Shown: positions 13,204-27,100, counted from the first letter of the stretch. The stretch: DNA of 64,000 bases from Azolla caroliniana (GCA_043228905.1 JBHGNT010000002.1:20708001-20772000), one strand, 5' to 3'. Program-made: numbers and translations. The notes: generated by a model not told the origin, from the sequence alone.

Positions 13204-16200
13204 CTCACCATTATGGTACAAGCCCAATATGAAAAAGACATAAATATATATAGAAATAGATGAATTGATTGATCAATATTATTATCGTCCTCATTTGTCA
13301 AACAAAGTCTATAGAACCACATGTGAAATATTTTCGTGTAATATGTGTGGAATTGAGGCACAACTCTCCTTGTTGAAGAATTTTATTAATGAGCATTGCC
13401 ATTCAGATTGCATATTGTGATTGTGAGAGAGTATGTGTATGAATAGGACCATAATGATAATGCATGTAAAGCAAACTTGAATGTTATTAAACATGGAGCA
13501 TTGTAATGATGGAACTTGTGAACTTGTTTAGGGCAAAATATGTATAGTCAATGACTCTCCTTACATATGCCCAATGCTTCATCTCACGTCGAAGAGAATG
13601 TGAGCTAAGTCATATGGATGCAGTGGTGTGGATATAACTATGACAAAAAATGGTGTGATATCACAAGGGTATTTGCAGTTGTTGTGTAGCCATTAACACA
13701 TAAACGACAATCATGAACAAATGATTTTCATTCGAAGAAGATTGACTTAGACGGGCACATGTGCACACTAAACAAAAGATGGGATAAACAAATAAAAACA
13801 TATGCATGCATTGTGAATGCCATGTAGCAAGTGTAATATTTGTAATAGACTCTTGAGCCAAATAAGGAAAAAGCTACGGAGAAAGAAAAAGGAACACTAA
13901 CTCACGATTTCATAAAGTATAAATAAGAGCTATTCTAAGTGTTACAAGGGGTTTTTTCATAATCTAAGGATTATTAGGGTTCTATTAATTGATCCTATGA
14001 TCAATTTGTTTCTACTTGGGTTTCCACATAATTCATCTATTTGAAACAACATCCTTATTGGGTTATAAGATATCTTACAATTGTATTTTGTACTCAAAAC
14101 CATTCTGACACTACATCTAATCCCTTTAGTACATATTTCCATTGTTTATTAACTTTCTTAATCTCTAAATATTGTTCAGATTTTTTGCTTATACAATCCT
14201 CTTTCCTAGATTATACACCTCTTGGTATAGAACCCCCATTAGTTCTGCCCAAGCACACAAATTTTAGAATGAAGAATAAAACCAGAAGACCACACATACA
14301 ATGATAAAAGAAAACAAACCTTTAGGAACCTATCTTGACATTATCAATTTATGGATGAGTAATTGTGGCATATGAGAATCACGATAAAATGTGCATGATA
14401 CTTTTGATCCTACTTGGTGACAATGATGGGTTGTTTTCTTTGAAAAAAGCAAACAAAGCTTTCGGTAATGTAACCAAAGTAGCATGTATTTCATTTATGC
14501 TCATTGGACTATCTAGGGGCTCACTTCATTCATATGTGTGGCTTAGTTTCTCCTCCAAATCTAGTAGCCATATTCTATGTTTCTCATCAAAAGTCAAGGT
14601 ATTTTGTCCTATGTGATGTATACCTATTTTCATTTAGTTTCACTACTATCTTAATATAGATGACATGAAGGGAGAAAAACTTTCTTTTGCTCCGCCTCCA
14701 CATTACCTCACCCAAGTATGTCATGACTCATAACCAATCAAATCCTTATTATGCTTCACGGCGCACGCCTCACTTTATCCTTACGCAAAATTTGACTTCC
14801 TTTCTAGATGTCAATAACATTAAATTATGGAAAAACCTTTTGGTTAACTGATAGTTGCTTGTCCCGATTCCTTCTAGTTTTTAAACAATATTATTTGGTC
14901 CTCACCTCATCGTACTTGCATTTCAAACATGAAAAAACAATTTCCTCTGGTTTTCTCAACGAAAATTTTGTCACTTTTGCATTGGGTTGTTAAGCTATTT
15001 TCTTGAAGCAACATACTATAATGTGCAATGATTTGTATATACATAAATATCTATGTATTGACATACAATATATATCCCAATGGATGGAATTCATGGACCA
15101 TGGCACCAACCAAACAAAGGAGGCCCATCATAAAGTTTGACTGTTTTAAAGAATGTGATGGACTTCATCATACATTTTTTGAATAATTTCAGTTGGTAAA
15201 ACATAGTTTTTCATTATGCCCCCTAGTTTTTAGAGTTTGGTTCTATGTACCTCTTGATGCACACGGTTCACAATGTTTACACCTCAAGATCATTAGCTAT
15301 ACTTATAAACATTTATTAATTGTGTAGACATGATATATGTATGCAATCTCATAAATATATATCTCTCTAAGCAACCCATGGCACAGCACATTTGGTGTTT
15401 ACAAGTAGTTGACTCCGACTCCATGAGCAAGATAATAAGGACATTAAAACCATCTTAAAGAACTTCTTCAAAACTATTAAGCTCTCTAATTGCCAAAGTT
15501 GACCAACAACAATTTTATCAATGTTTTCACCAAAATAAGTTCCAAGTTTATCAATACTTGAATATCAAGTTTTTAAAACAAAGAGGGAGAATGAAGATGT
15601 GGAATAATTGAGCACATAGAAAAGTTTAAGAGTTTTGAAGTGGAAACCTAATGTCCAATTTAGTCATCTCAACCTCACTTTCGAGAATCATCACTAAAGC
15701 ATGTTATATTATTGTAAAATATGATTGGTTTGCTCGGAGCTCAACACTTTTTGCTTTCTATAGAGAAATAGGTAATGAGAGGTTTGAGAAGTTTAATTTG
15801 GTGAAAATTGTTAAGAAGCATTACTATGGGCGTGCAGTTTTGAGTAAGGATTGTTGAGGGTTTGTTTTTCCTCATGCCAAAACTCATGTGCATCAAAGTC
15901 AACAATTATTATTCAATTGTTTCTATATTATGTCAATTCTCGCTTCAATAGTGTAGAATGAGAAAATTGCTTTGGAATGTAGAGTTGAGCATCAATTGAC
16001 AACAATTTCAGCCTGAAGAATATTAATTGCAATCAAATTATAATGATGGATTTGAAAAGTCAAACATATTGTGTGTCTTGTTTATTAGACATGGTGCACT
16101 CTCTTACTATCACCATACACCATTAAATAAGGCATATATAAATTTGTCAACCAAGCCAAAATATCTATTTTCTGCACCTTGATTGATAAGACGAACAACT

Positions 16201-16624
16201 TTAAGTACAAAGTTAGAAAAAAAAAACTTAGTGTTCACGCCCCTCTTTTGCTCGACCCCTCCTTTTATGATGAATAGGATGATGTTATATCATTGTAAGG
16301 ATTCCGCATGTCCATTGTGAGCTTCACATAACCAATAGGCATTTGATACAACATACCCGTCTAATCTAATATCATGGAGTGGTTGTGATATGGGCCCAAA
16401 AATCATGGTTTGAATTCCAACTAAAGGTATGAATGACTTCTCATATGCATGTGTGTTTATCTTAAACATTATGGTACAAAATTCTTGAATAGACCAAACT
16501 AAAATCATTTGAGAAGAGCCCATCCCGTGCAACCTTCAAAAGCAAATGGAGTATACAACGATTGTTTGTAGGGGCCATAGTATTTATTTCTAAACCCACC
16601 AAGGAGCATGTGCAATATTGAGTT

Positions 16625-17038
16625 TCTTCTTAGGGGTTCAAACAAGAGCTCACAAGTTGAAGTTGAAGTTGAAGTCCCAACTATACCAATACAATGCAAA
16701 TATTCCCACTCTATTAGACTTGATAAAGTCTCTTCAGCAATTTTTCAGATGGAAACCCCTTTTGCTTTTCAAGGTTACAAAATAAATGTTTTCCATTAAC
16801 ATTTTACATTGAAGATATGAAGTCTAGTGTGAATCACATTTTGCTTCTTAGGGGTTCAGACAAGAGCTCACAACTATACCAGTACAATGCGAAGATTCCC
16901 ACTCTACTAGACCTGATAAAGTCTCTTCAACAATTTTTCAAATGGAAACCCCTTTTGCTTTTCGAGGTTACATAATAAATGTTTTCCATTAACATTTTAC
17001 ATTGAAATTTGAAGGTATGAAGTCTAGTGTGAATCACA
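16625..17038. repeat. Tandem duplication, ~200 bp x2
   Basis: CTTAGGGGTTCA.ACAAGAGCTCACAA...TGAAGTCTAGTGTGAATCACAT is repeated. Confidence 0.85.
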
Positions 17039-18204
17039 TAAATTATTTAATATAACAAACTTGATGTTTGCTTTATGAGATAAAAGGAAATATTCGAGTT
17101 GCTAGGTAGACATTGCCACATCCATGTTAATTGGAAAGATGTGATTCGGTTTTGGCTTATCCCTTGTGGTTACTTCGTGACTCAGAGACTCTCTAGTGCT
17201 GACAAACGACTATACATAAGTTAGAACTTTGTGGTGATGCAAGTTTTTGAAAAAGTATAGGCATTATTAAACGAGGAAGCAATAAAGCAACACAAAATGT
17301 TTGTAAAATCATGCAAATTAAGTTAACACAAGTTGTTTGTAAATTCATGCAATTAAGTTTGACCCAAGTTATGGACGAAACCTTGGTTCTTAATTGTTGC
17401 AGCACAAGAAGAGCCATTTTAAACCAGAGTGTTATTCGGTCATAGGAATTTTGTAGAAATAAAGTTGGGATATACCACATAAGTGTCCAATAGGCCCCTT
17501 GGTGTAAGAAGCTACCTCATCATATTCCTTAATAACAAGATATAAGAGCTTTCATCCTTCTCTCTAAGTTTTACTACAATTATGACCGGAGAGGATATAT
17601 GGAGATAATTTTCGAAGCTTTTTATTTTCAACCAGATGTAAATTCCATCCCCGCTAAGGGTTTATCGATATACAAGACCTCAAACACATTGGACACCTAC
17701 AAAAATTAGGTGTTTCCATGACTCCAAGGCATTCAAAGCAACAAATTTCCCATGTTTAGGAGTTGAATATACCTATATATTTTTCTGCTTCCACATGTTC
17801 AAGCACATCTACAATTTCTTCGATCAAGTAAGAATTTGAAGCATCTTGCAAATTGAATCATATTAAAACAAACTTTAGGGGAAACAAGAAAACCACATTA
17901 ACCTATGATCAACTTCACTTTCTTCTTTGCTCCTAGTTAAAACACCCACATTTTTTAAGTCGGGAAATGTTTGAAAGTTGGAGGTATCTTCAAGTTCAAC
18001 ATAGACAATGAGACACTAAGAAGGCCAACAACAATGAAGATCATCTTTACAACAGATCCTCAGTACATGGGAAAACTAGCATTCACCATAGATCTAAAAT
18101 ATGTGGGGATAAGTATCCCACCAAAGAAGACCTTATATTTCCATTATCCCCTTTGGATGTGAACATAAAAGAGCTTTATCTATGTCCGCCCATCAATCAT
18201 ACTT

Positions 18205-20032
18205 TTAACATGGGACTGGTATATTAGTATCTTCATTAGTCGTTTGAGAATGGTTATGTTCTGCATCGTATGTGACAATCAACATGTTTGAGTCGTCCAG
18301 AGCACGTTCAACATGTTTTTTCGCCGGACAACCTCCTTTCACGCTACTACATCGGTAATAATTCCTACAACAAAGAAGATGGGACTTAATAATGTTTCAA
18401 ATCTCAAAATTTCTAGACACAAGTATTTCAGCATAAGGACAACAAGTACCTTGGGTGAGGTGACCCTTTAATTGGTTTCTGCCCATATTTCCTCCATGAA
18501 TACCCATCTCGAGGTATGTCGGACATCTTCGAGCTTATGGCTGGAACTCGAATCACCCTCTTGCTTCTTGATTTCCTGAAAACAAGAAGCTAAAACTTAG
18601 CATTGAAGAAAGAGTAATGGAATAAGTGTTACATTCTGAGATGCTTATATGGGGACATGGCATACATGTGGAGGGGATGGTTAATGTACACACATTAACA
18701 ACCACAATTACCACGTTCTAATCTTAGATGCTTATATATGTGTGTGTGTCTGGAAGATGCACTCATTGGCAACCAGATTGGGGACCATGCCCACATTCTG
18801 TTTCGCTCGACTATATATCGTATGGTGCACATGTGACGAAGGACATGAAACATATACACAACTAGCAATAGTGCATAGGTGAGTGGCAAAGACAGACTCA
18901 ATTCAACATCGGGTGGATACCAAAAGAAAAAACATTAGGATTAAACATTAGGAAACCATTTGGGGGACCGGAGAGAAAAAGCCGAACATTTGTTCAAACT
19001 TCAGGTATGGGGTACATACCTTCGATTGGATGGCGACGATTTCTTCTTTGAGGGTGGGCGACCACTACTCTGATTCAGAACCTCATTTTTGGCAGCATTA
19101 CCATCGATGCTCAACGAAGACAAGATCAATGAGCTACTAGTGTTGTTGTTGTTGTTGTTGTTGAGGCTACCTTGAATATATAATTTGTCATTGGTAGTAG
19201 GGGTAATCTTAGCAGTGTTAGTGGCAAGCAAGAGACCATTATTATGGTGGCCAATGTTATGATTGTAAACCATATGCTGGTGTGAGATAGCACCATAAAA
19301 AGATGCAGAAACAGCGTCAATTGTAGCTGAAGGGATGGATTCCATCATATCTCCAGCATAAGCCATGGCTATCAAGGGTATAGCCAACTCTTTGTCTTTG
19401 CTACTATCCAAGCTAAAGGTAGAGCAGTCCATAGCTACATTTGGTGGTATTGGTGGTGGTGGTGGTGGAGGTTGATGTTGAAAAGCTAAAAGTGGAGAAG
19501 ACGGCAGAGATGATGATGATGTCGATGATGATGACGATGAGAAAGATGAGGATGAAGATGATGCTCTGTTCTGATCATGTGTATAGAGAATAATCTGAGA
19601 AGCTTCCATAAGAGGTGTTTCTTGAAGAGAAGCCAGGGATACCTTCTTGTTTTGGCAGATCCCTCGTCTAAATCGGGCATGGCCTGATCGGGTGAGAAGA
19701 GAAACAACCTTCTTGAACTCAGATATGGTAGCTTCTACACAATCCTCTGTTCTCAACATAATATTACCTTCACTTTCTTCTTCTTCTTCTTCTTCATCAT
19801 CATCATCGTCGTCTTCTTCTTCTTCTTCTTCTTCTTCTGCTTCTTCTTTATTTTCTTCTTGTCCTTTCTCTGGGGTTTTCTCTTTATCTTGATCTTGATC
19901 ATGAACTTGTTGGGAGAGAATATGTATGAGTTTTTCCAAGCTTTTGAGACCTGCTGATGCAGCTTCTTGAGCATGCTTATCTCTCTCTAGGGTGTCTTGT
20001 AACTTGCTAAAGCTCTGTAGATCTATTGCCAT
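18205..20032 (-). CDS. WRKY: WRKY transcription factor, group IId (WRKY7/11/15/17/21-like). Exons 20032-19020, 18575-18450, 18364-18205; ~432 aa
   Basis: Exon 1 has [15 protein letters not shown], the calmodulin-binding C-motif [11 protein letters not shown] and the HARF motif (SGHARFRRG). Exon 2 reads [43 protein letters not shown]. Exon 3 reads [38 protein letters not shown]. Introns are GT-AG, phase 2, and include the conserved PR intron. The joined length of 1299 nt is in frame. Confidence 0.95.
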
Positions 20033-20084
20033 AGTCCCTAATTGTGTTCCCTTTTTTTAGTAGATGGGGGGGAACCCCCTAAAT

Positions 20085-21245
20085 TGGCGATGCAGAAACA
20101 GAGAAATGTTGAGATCTCAGGTGCTGAAACAGCGAGATGGAGGGAGCCCAAGTGCCAAAGCAGATAAATCTCGAGAACCCAAGTGCGAAAACAGAACCAA
20201 AAACAAAGAAATCGTCAGAACAAAGGAGGTAATAGAAGGAGTTTGTGAGGACCCAAATGCTAAAAAAGGGGGAGAAGAAAACGTTAGGAGGACTCAAGAG
20301 TTAAAACAGAGGAAATCAAGAGAACCCAAGTGCTAGAAACAGGGGAATCATGAGAACCCCAAGTGTTGGAACAGAGGAATCATGAGAACCCCAAGAGTTG
20401 GAATAGAGAAATCTTGAGGACCAAAAGTTGTTGGAACAGAGAAATCTTGAGAACCCAAGTGTTAGAACAAAGAAATCATGAGAAACCCAAGTGCTAGAAA
20501 CAGGGGAATCGTGAGAACCCCAAGTGTTGGAACAGAGGAATCATGAGAACTCCAAGTGTTGGAATAGAGAAATCTTGAGGACCAAAAGTTGTTGGAACAG
20601 AGAAATCTTGAGAACCCAAGTGTTAGAACAAAGAAATCATGAGAAACCCAAGTGTTGGAACAGAGAAATCTTGAGAACCCTAAGTGTTAGAACAAAGAAA
20701 TCATGAGAAACCCAAGTGTTGGAACAGAGAAATCTTGAGAACCCTAAGTGTTAGAACAAAGAAATCATGAGAAACCCAAGTGTTGGAACAGAGAAATCTT
20801 GAGAGCACCCAAGTGCTAGAACAGGGAAATCTTGGAGAACCCAAGTGCTAGAACAGGGAAATCATGAGAACCCAAGTGTTGAAACAGAGGAACCTTGAGG
20901 ACACAAGTGCTAGAACAGAGAAATCTTGAGAGCCCAAGTGCTAGAACAGAGAGAAATCATGAGAAACCCAAGTGTTGGAACAGAGGAAATCAAGAGAACC
21001 CAAGTGCTAGAAACAGGGGAATCATAAGAACCCAAGTGTTGGAACAGAGGAAATCAAGAGAACCCAAGTGCTAGAAACAGGGGAATCATAAGAACCCAAG
21101 TGTTGGAACAGAGAAATCTTGGAGAACCCCAAGTGCTAGAACAGAGAGAAATCTTGGAGGACCCAAGGTGCAGAGAGAGAGAGAGAGAGAGTTCAATTGG
21201 TGAAACAGAGAAATCTTGAGAACCCAAAGTGCAGAAAACAGGGAG
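20085..21245. repeat. Minisatellite, ~30-33 bp unit (GAGAACCCAAGTGTTGGAACAGAGAAATCTT), about 30 copies with higher-order ~62 bp dimers
   Basis: Directly visible tandem array between the WRKY ATG and the GA/CT-rich promoter-like region. Confidence 0.95.
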
Positions 21246-21496
21246 AGGGAGAGATCAAGAAAGGAATTCACAAAGAATGATGAGTAGATCAAGGGGGCAG
21301 AGAGAGAGAGAGAGAGAGAAGGTGAACCAAACCCAACACAACATTCTTATTAATAATCAGTTGCTCAAGTGCATGCCCAGATAAGTGGGTGGAGAGAGAG
21401 AGTTAAAGAAAAAGAAAAAGAAAAAGAAATTTGAAGGGGGGGGGGGGGGGGGAGAAAGAAGTCTGAAGAAGATGGTTTGTGTGTGTGTTTTTGTGG

Positions 21497-21570
21497 AGTC
21501 AACCGCACTCACACTTCAACATTCCCTTTCCTTTTTCTTTACCTTTTGTATTTTGTGGGACACGAGTCAA
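21497..21570 (-). promoter_or_regulatory. Two W-boxes (TTGACT) upstream of the WRKY gene
   Basis: AGTCAA at 21497-21502 and 21565-21570, both in a GAGTCAACC context, among GA and CA microsatellites. Confidence 0.45.
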
Positions 21571-22199
21571 CCTTCTATGCCTAGCAACCATATCTCTTCT
21601 AAGGGGAGGTACACACACACACACACACACACACACACCCACACCCCAACCCGAGTGCAACATGAGCGTGGCATATCGCCCCTATCTATGCCCATTGAAG
21701 AGGAGGAGATCACTGGGCTTCTTGCATCTATGGCCCCCAACCAGAGAAAAACTTCTCCCGATTACTCTAACTGATGAACGACGATTCTCTATGTTAAGTA
21801 GTCGTGTGTGTGCGTGTGCGATGTGTGCGAGAGGGGTTTGGTTCTGAAGCCGTTTATGTTAAGTGGTATGACCCACCTACCCTTGAGGAACTAGATTATG
21901 TTACCCGGGTTTCCCAATCTCCACATGAAAGATGAATTATGTGAGAGTTTTGCTACATTGTGTCTCTTACATACCATCACTTGTCTTAGGGAGCAGGTTT
22001 TAAGGTCCTATCTCATATGGGTTAGCTTAGGCTCATTGTTTTCCACGTTTATAAGTGTTTGGCTAAACACCTAAGTTGGCTACACAATGATTCTCTTAAT
22101 GCAATGTGTTGCAATTCCTTTCACTAGATAACACCCACCAATTAACTATTTGTCATTTGTTTTTTCAATATGGCCCTGTTATATCCAATAAATATCAAC

Positions 22200-24100
22200 T
22201 AGCCAAGATTATATTCACAAATAACGAGGACGAAGACACAAATTTGAAGTTGGTGATGGAGTTGCACACGAGAATGAAGTAATTATAGGGTAGAAATATT
22301 GATGATATTGATCGAAACAAGTTGCATTTCTAATCACATAGGATACTTTGGAGACTATAGCCTATGACATATTTTATGTTTGTGAGAATGCAAAGTTTGC
22401 CTTCTTGATTATGATAATACTACTCGTTGCTTACAACAAAATTTTGAGTAGATGTGTGGTTCTTCAATGAACAATTAATAGAATTGTTGATGGCATTCTG
22501 GTGGTGACTTATAATTATGGACAACCAAGGGTAATTTTGTAAGTGAATTGTAAATAATGCAACATTATCTAGGCTACTTAACATATGATATTGAAGGGCC
22601 TTAGATTAGAAAAAGATTGTCAATTAGGAAGCCCCTAATGATTAAGAAGTAAAGCTAAACAACTCAATTGTACTTCAAATTGTATATGTATAAACTATGT
22701 AAAAACACCTTAAAGGCAAGAAAGATAAAGAAAATTAGATAACCAACCAAAATAAGTAAGTTGTGGCGCGTCTCTACTTCCACATCCCTTTGCAATTCTT
22801 TTGAGTGAGTGATCTCTAATTGGAGAAGATTTATCAGCTTATTACAAACAAGCATTCAAGATTATGGTCAATGGTATATCTTAATCCAATGTGAAATTGT
22901 TGATGAAGCAAAATTAACATGCAAATCATTGATAGAATTATCACATCTTGCACCATTATCCAACATAGAAGAGGATGTTCTTTGTAGAGCAAAACACACC
23001 TTCTTGTCAGATAATAAGCACAAATTAGAAAAGTGGCGACTTAGGGCAAGACAAATTCAATTATGAGATATTGGTTTGTGATTATAAGTAGGTTTTGAAA
23101 AGATTACACTCTATATGCAAGAAAGAATCCATAACATGCATCAGGTTCAAGAATGATGTTTGTCACAAGGTTGTTTAGAAGTGGCATGCAAGTAGTTGAT
23201 ACCTTTTCTTGTATGTTCCAAACACCCTTGTTGAAGCAACTATATTGGATCATAAATGAAGCGTGTTCTTATCTTGCGCCAACCTATTCTTATAAAACAA
23301 GTAGTCTTACACGTAGAGTTTCCTAACCAAAGAGAAACTTTTGGGGGTATGAACTAGGTAAGAATGGTAGAAAAGAACCAATATGGGATCAAATTACTAT
23401 TGAATTTCTTATCAAATTTTTTGGTTGCTCAAGGAAAGTGTCATTATAGCAAATAGAGATTAACAACTGCTTAGTCCATGGAGATAAGGTTTGATTAGAT
23501 ATTTCTGCATAAAGAAGCTATAGCAAACACTTCAAATTCAAGACCCATATTGTTGTCGATTACTAGAGAGATAGTGAACACAATTAAAGTATGTGTATGT
23601 ACCATGCCTAGCATCCTAATCAATATGGTTTAATATTGTTAAAGCATATACTGGTATTGAGTGTGCCAAATACACAAATCAACATGTGATTATCCATGTG
23701 GATATTGAGAAAGCATGTGATACCATACAATGAAGTTTTCTAGATGCGGGGAGGCACAAGATGGGGTTTATGATTGCATGAAAATACTTCTATAGTCTAC
23801 TACATGCATATTGGATGGAGAAATCACAAATTCATGGCCTTGTGTTATTTTGTTGGATAGGTTATCTCATTAGTGCATTATTGTTATTATATATGGATAG
23901 TCTTGTGATATTAATCAATTACATGAGGTACCCGTACCAAATGGAAGGGATTTTTGGTTGTATTTATTGGTTGTATGAAGAAATACAAATTGGATGGAGA
24001 AATACAAATTCATGGGCATATTTTCATTCAGTTAGACAAAGGTTGTCCCATTAGTGCATTATTGTTATTATATTAATAGCCTTGTGATATCTAGTTAATT
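22200..24100 (+). mobile_element. Highly degenerate gypsy-like relic (tentative)
   Basis: Only faint protease-like (near 22485-22520) and RT-like (VVDY near 23550) traces, with no intact ORF. Confidence 0.3.
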
Positions 24101-27100
24101 GTATGTCCTACAAGCATAGAACGTAATAAACGTGTTTGTGCAAGCATACAAACGTTTGCAAACGAACACATTTGAAAAGGGAAAAATATATTTCCTATTT
24201 TTTTGTTTAGTTATTATTAGAAATTAGCTCACCCTAGTGGTAAGTTGTTGTGCTACTATTGCTTGTGTCTTGGGTTTGAATACCAATTATCTCTCTCTCT
24301 TGTAACGGCTCTTTCTACCGTTGTCGTCGCCGTCTGACGTCTACTGCTGTCACCATTGTCGTTAGTTCTTGGCCGTTGTTGTCCGCTGTTGCTATCACTC
24401 ACGCTTCTGACGATGTCACCGGTTGAGTAAACGAGAGGGCATACATGTGCTTCTACACTCAAACCTAGTGCGCAAGGCATCGATGCTCGACTAAGTTTTT
24501 TCTGTCCTCTTTGTCTTTTCTTTCCTTTATCTTTTGATTTACAACATGAATTCTAGACGAAACCATAAGGAAACACACAAAGAAAATATAAGTAAGGAAG
24601 AATTTTTAGATGTCCTTAACTGTTTAGTTAAAATAGAAAAATGGGCGAAAGAGATTGAAGCTGAAAAACAAAAAGATAAGGAAGAAAAAGAAGTGCTCAT
24701 TGCTAAAATAATGAAACTTAAAGTAGACAACATGAACCTTCAGAAACAAGTTAAGGACCTTGAGACTGTTGAGAACAGTGCAGAATATAGCTCGGCCACA
24801 ACCGAGTCTTGAATCACTTCAAAAGAGAATGAAACACAGAAATGGGAAATGGAGAGTACACAAGGAAATACACAGGATGTTTACGTGGAAAACCCTAATA
24901 GGGAAAAACCACGGGAGCCCATAGACTCCAAATTATCACAATATGAGAAAGGTACAATCAGAGTCTCAAAGGCAACAATCTCGAGCTCTGTATCTTTGCC
25001 AACCGGCGGTTACAATAGAGTTTCACTATGTATCTCACACACTCTCTCTCTATCGCTTACTATACAACAATTACAACAATATGACAACAACAATACAACA
25101 CCTAATGTAAAGTGATTGCCTTAAGTCATATTTATAGTTATATGAACTTAGGGCTATTTACAAATATAGCCTTAGTAGGCTTACTCAAAAAACATATTTA
25201 TAGATATGCTTTCTCTTTCGGTTCTCATCGGGTCTCCTCCGGTTTCCGGATTTCTTCCGGTTCTCACCGGGTCCTCTTTATTCATCACCGGATCCCATCC
25301 GGAGGGACCGATTTCCCAACAATCTCCCCCTTCACTCTGGCATGGAATGTCTTGCCAGCTCGATCCGCTTTCGACACGTGTCGAGCTTGTCGGTTGTCAC
25401 CACCTTGGTCAACGTGTCTGGCCCGTTCTCCTCCGTGTGGATCTTCGTCAACACGAACTCTTGATCTTCTACTCCCTCCCAGATCCAGTGGTACCTCCGC
25501 TGGATATGTTTCGTCCGGGAATGGTAGGCCGCGTTCTTTGCAAGGTGGATGGCACTTTGGCTATCGAAGTAGAGCCGGTATTCCTCCTGTTGGATCCCTA
25601 GCTCTCTGATGAAGTCCTTCATCCAGATTATCTCCTTGTCGGCTTCTACAACTGCCATGTACTCCGCCTCTGTGGTTGACAACGCAACCGTCTTCTGCAG
25701 CCTCGACTGTGACGAAACAGCTCCCCCTGCATAAGTCATGACATATCCGGATGTAGACCGGCTAGTATATGCATCAACTGACATATCCAAATCGGTGAAT
25801 CCGTCAAGTTGGGGATTACCGGAGCCGAACCGGAGGCACATACTCGAGGTGCCTTTCAGATACCGGTGTATCCACTTGCGGCTGTGGGTGTCTCTCTTTG
25901 CTTCTTCGAAGCTTTCCGACTCCCCCTCATCGGTTAGCAACACATGCTCTACATCTGGAAATCTCCGGGGGGCTCTTCTCTCTCGGAGAGGATATCTTCA
26001 TCCTCGGTTTCTGATTGCCGGTTCCTCCGTTTGTTCCTCATCCTCATCCGATTGCCGGTTCCAGTGTCTTCTTCTTCTTCTTCTTCTTCAGTCGGTTCGG
26101 TTTCTTGTCTGTATCCGGCCGGTTCGTCAAGTTTCATCCGGTTACCGACTAACATCTGGTTTTCAACTGGGTATAACTTTGTGTCCTCAAGCCGGTTTTC
26201 ATTGGATGATCCGGAGTTCATCATCTTCTTCTCCGACTCCCAGTCGGCAATGATCCTGTCTTCCATGAAGACTATGTCCCGACTCCGGAACACCTTCTTG
26301 TTGACCAGATCCCACACCCAATAACCGAACTCATCATCGCCGTATCCAAGGAATATGCATGGTTGGGACTTTGGATCCAGCTTTGCTCTCTTGTCCTTCG
26401 CCACATGCATGTATGCGAGACACCTGAACACCTTTAGATGCCGGTAAGATACATCTTTACCAGTCCATACTTTCTGAGGTGAGTCTCCTCCCAAGGGTAC
26501 TAAGGGTGATCTGTTTATCACATAGGTCGCCGTCGTTAGCGTCTCAGCCCAAAACGTCTTAGGTAACTTGGCATGTGTGAGCATGCACTAGATTATCTCC
26601 ATTATGGTCCAGTTCATCCTTTCAGCCAACCCGTTTAGTTCCGGCGCCTTCGGCACGGTAAATTCGAGCCGGATTCCCTTCGACCGGTAGTACTCCTCGA
26701 ACTGCCCCTAGTATTCTCCTCCGTCATCAGCTTGAACCGACTTCAGCTTCCGACTGGTTTTTCTTTCCACTCTCGCGTGGAGCTCCTTGAAGACGGATAG
26801 CATCTTATCCTTCGTCTTCAACGTTGAGACCCATAGCTTCCGGCTGTGGTCGTCTATGAATGTCACGAAGTATTGTGCTCCGGCATGTGACTTCGTATCC
26901 ACTTGACGCACATCAGTATGCACCAACTCCAGTGGTGCATTCCGTCTCATCGGTGGTCTTGACCGGAAGGAGGTTCGGTTTTGCTTGTTGGCCAAGAAAT
27001 CGGTGCACTTCTCAAGTTGCACATCCTTCACTGGAATGAGGTTGTCTTCGGCAAGCCTCGACATCCCCTTCTCACTCATGTGACACAACCTCTTGTGCCA

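Noticed and set aside
18695-18901. ORF in WRKY intron 1 as an extra exon
   Set aside because: No similarity to the zinc-cluster and no convincing splice sites. The exons already join in frame.
20085-21245. CRISPR-like array
   Set aside because: Units abut with no unique spacers, the context is eukaryotic and there are no cas genes. It is a minisatellite.
24224-24285. SINE head (CTAGTGGT...GGGTTTGAATACC); similar motif near 16380-16420
   Set aside because: Boxes are degenerate and no TSD or body can be defined.
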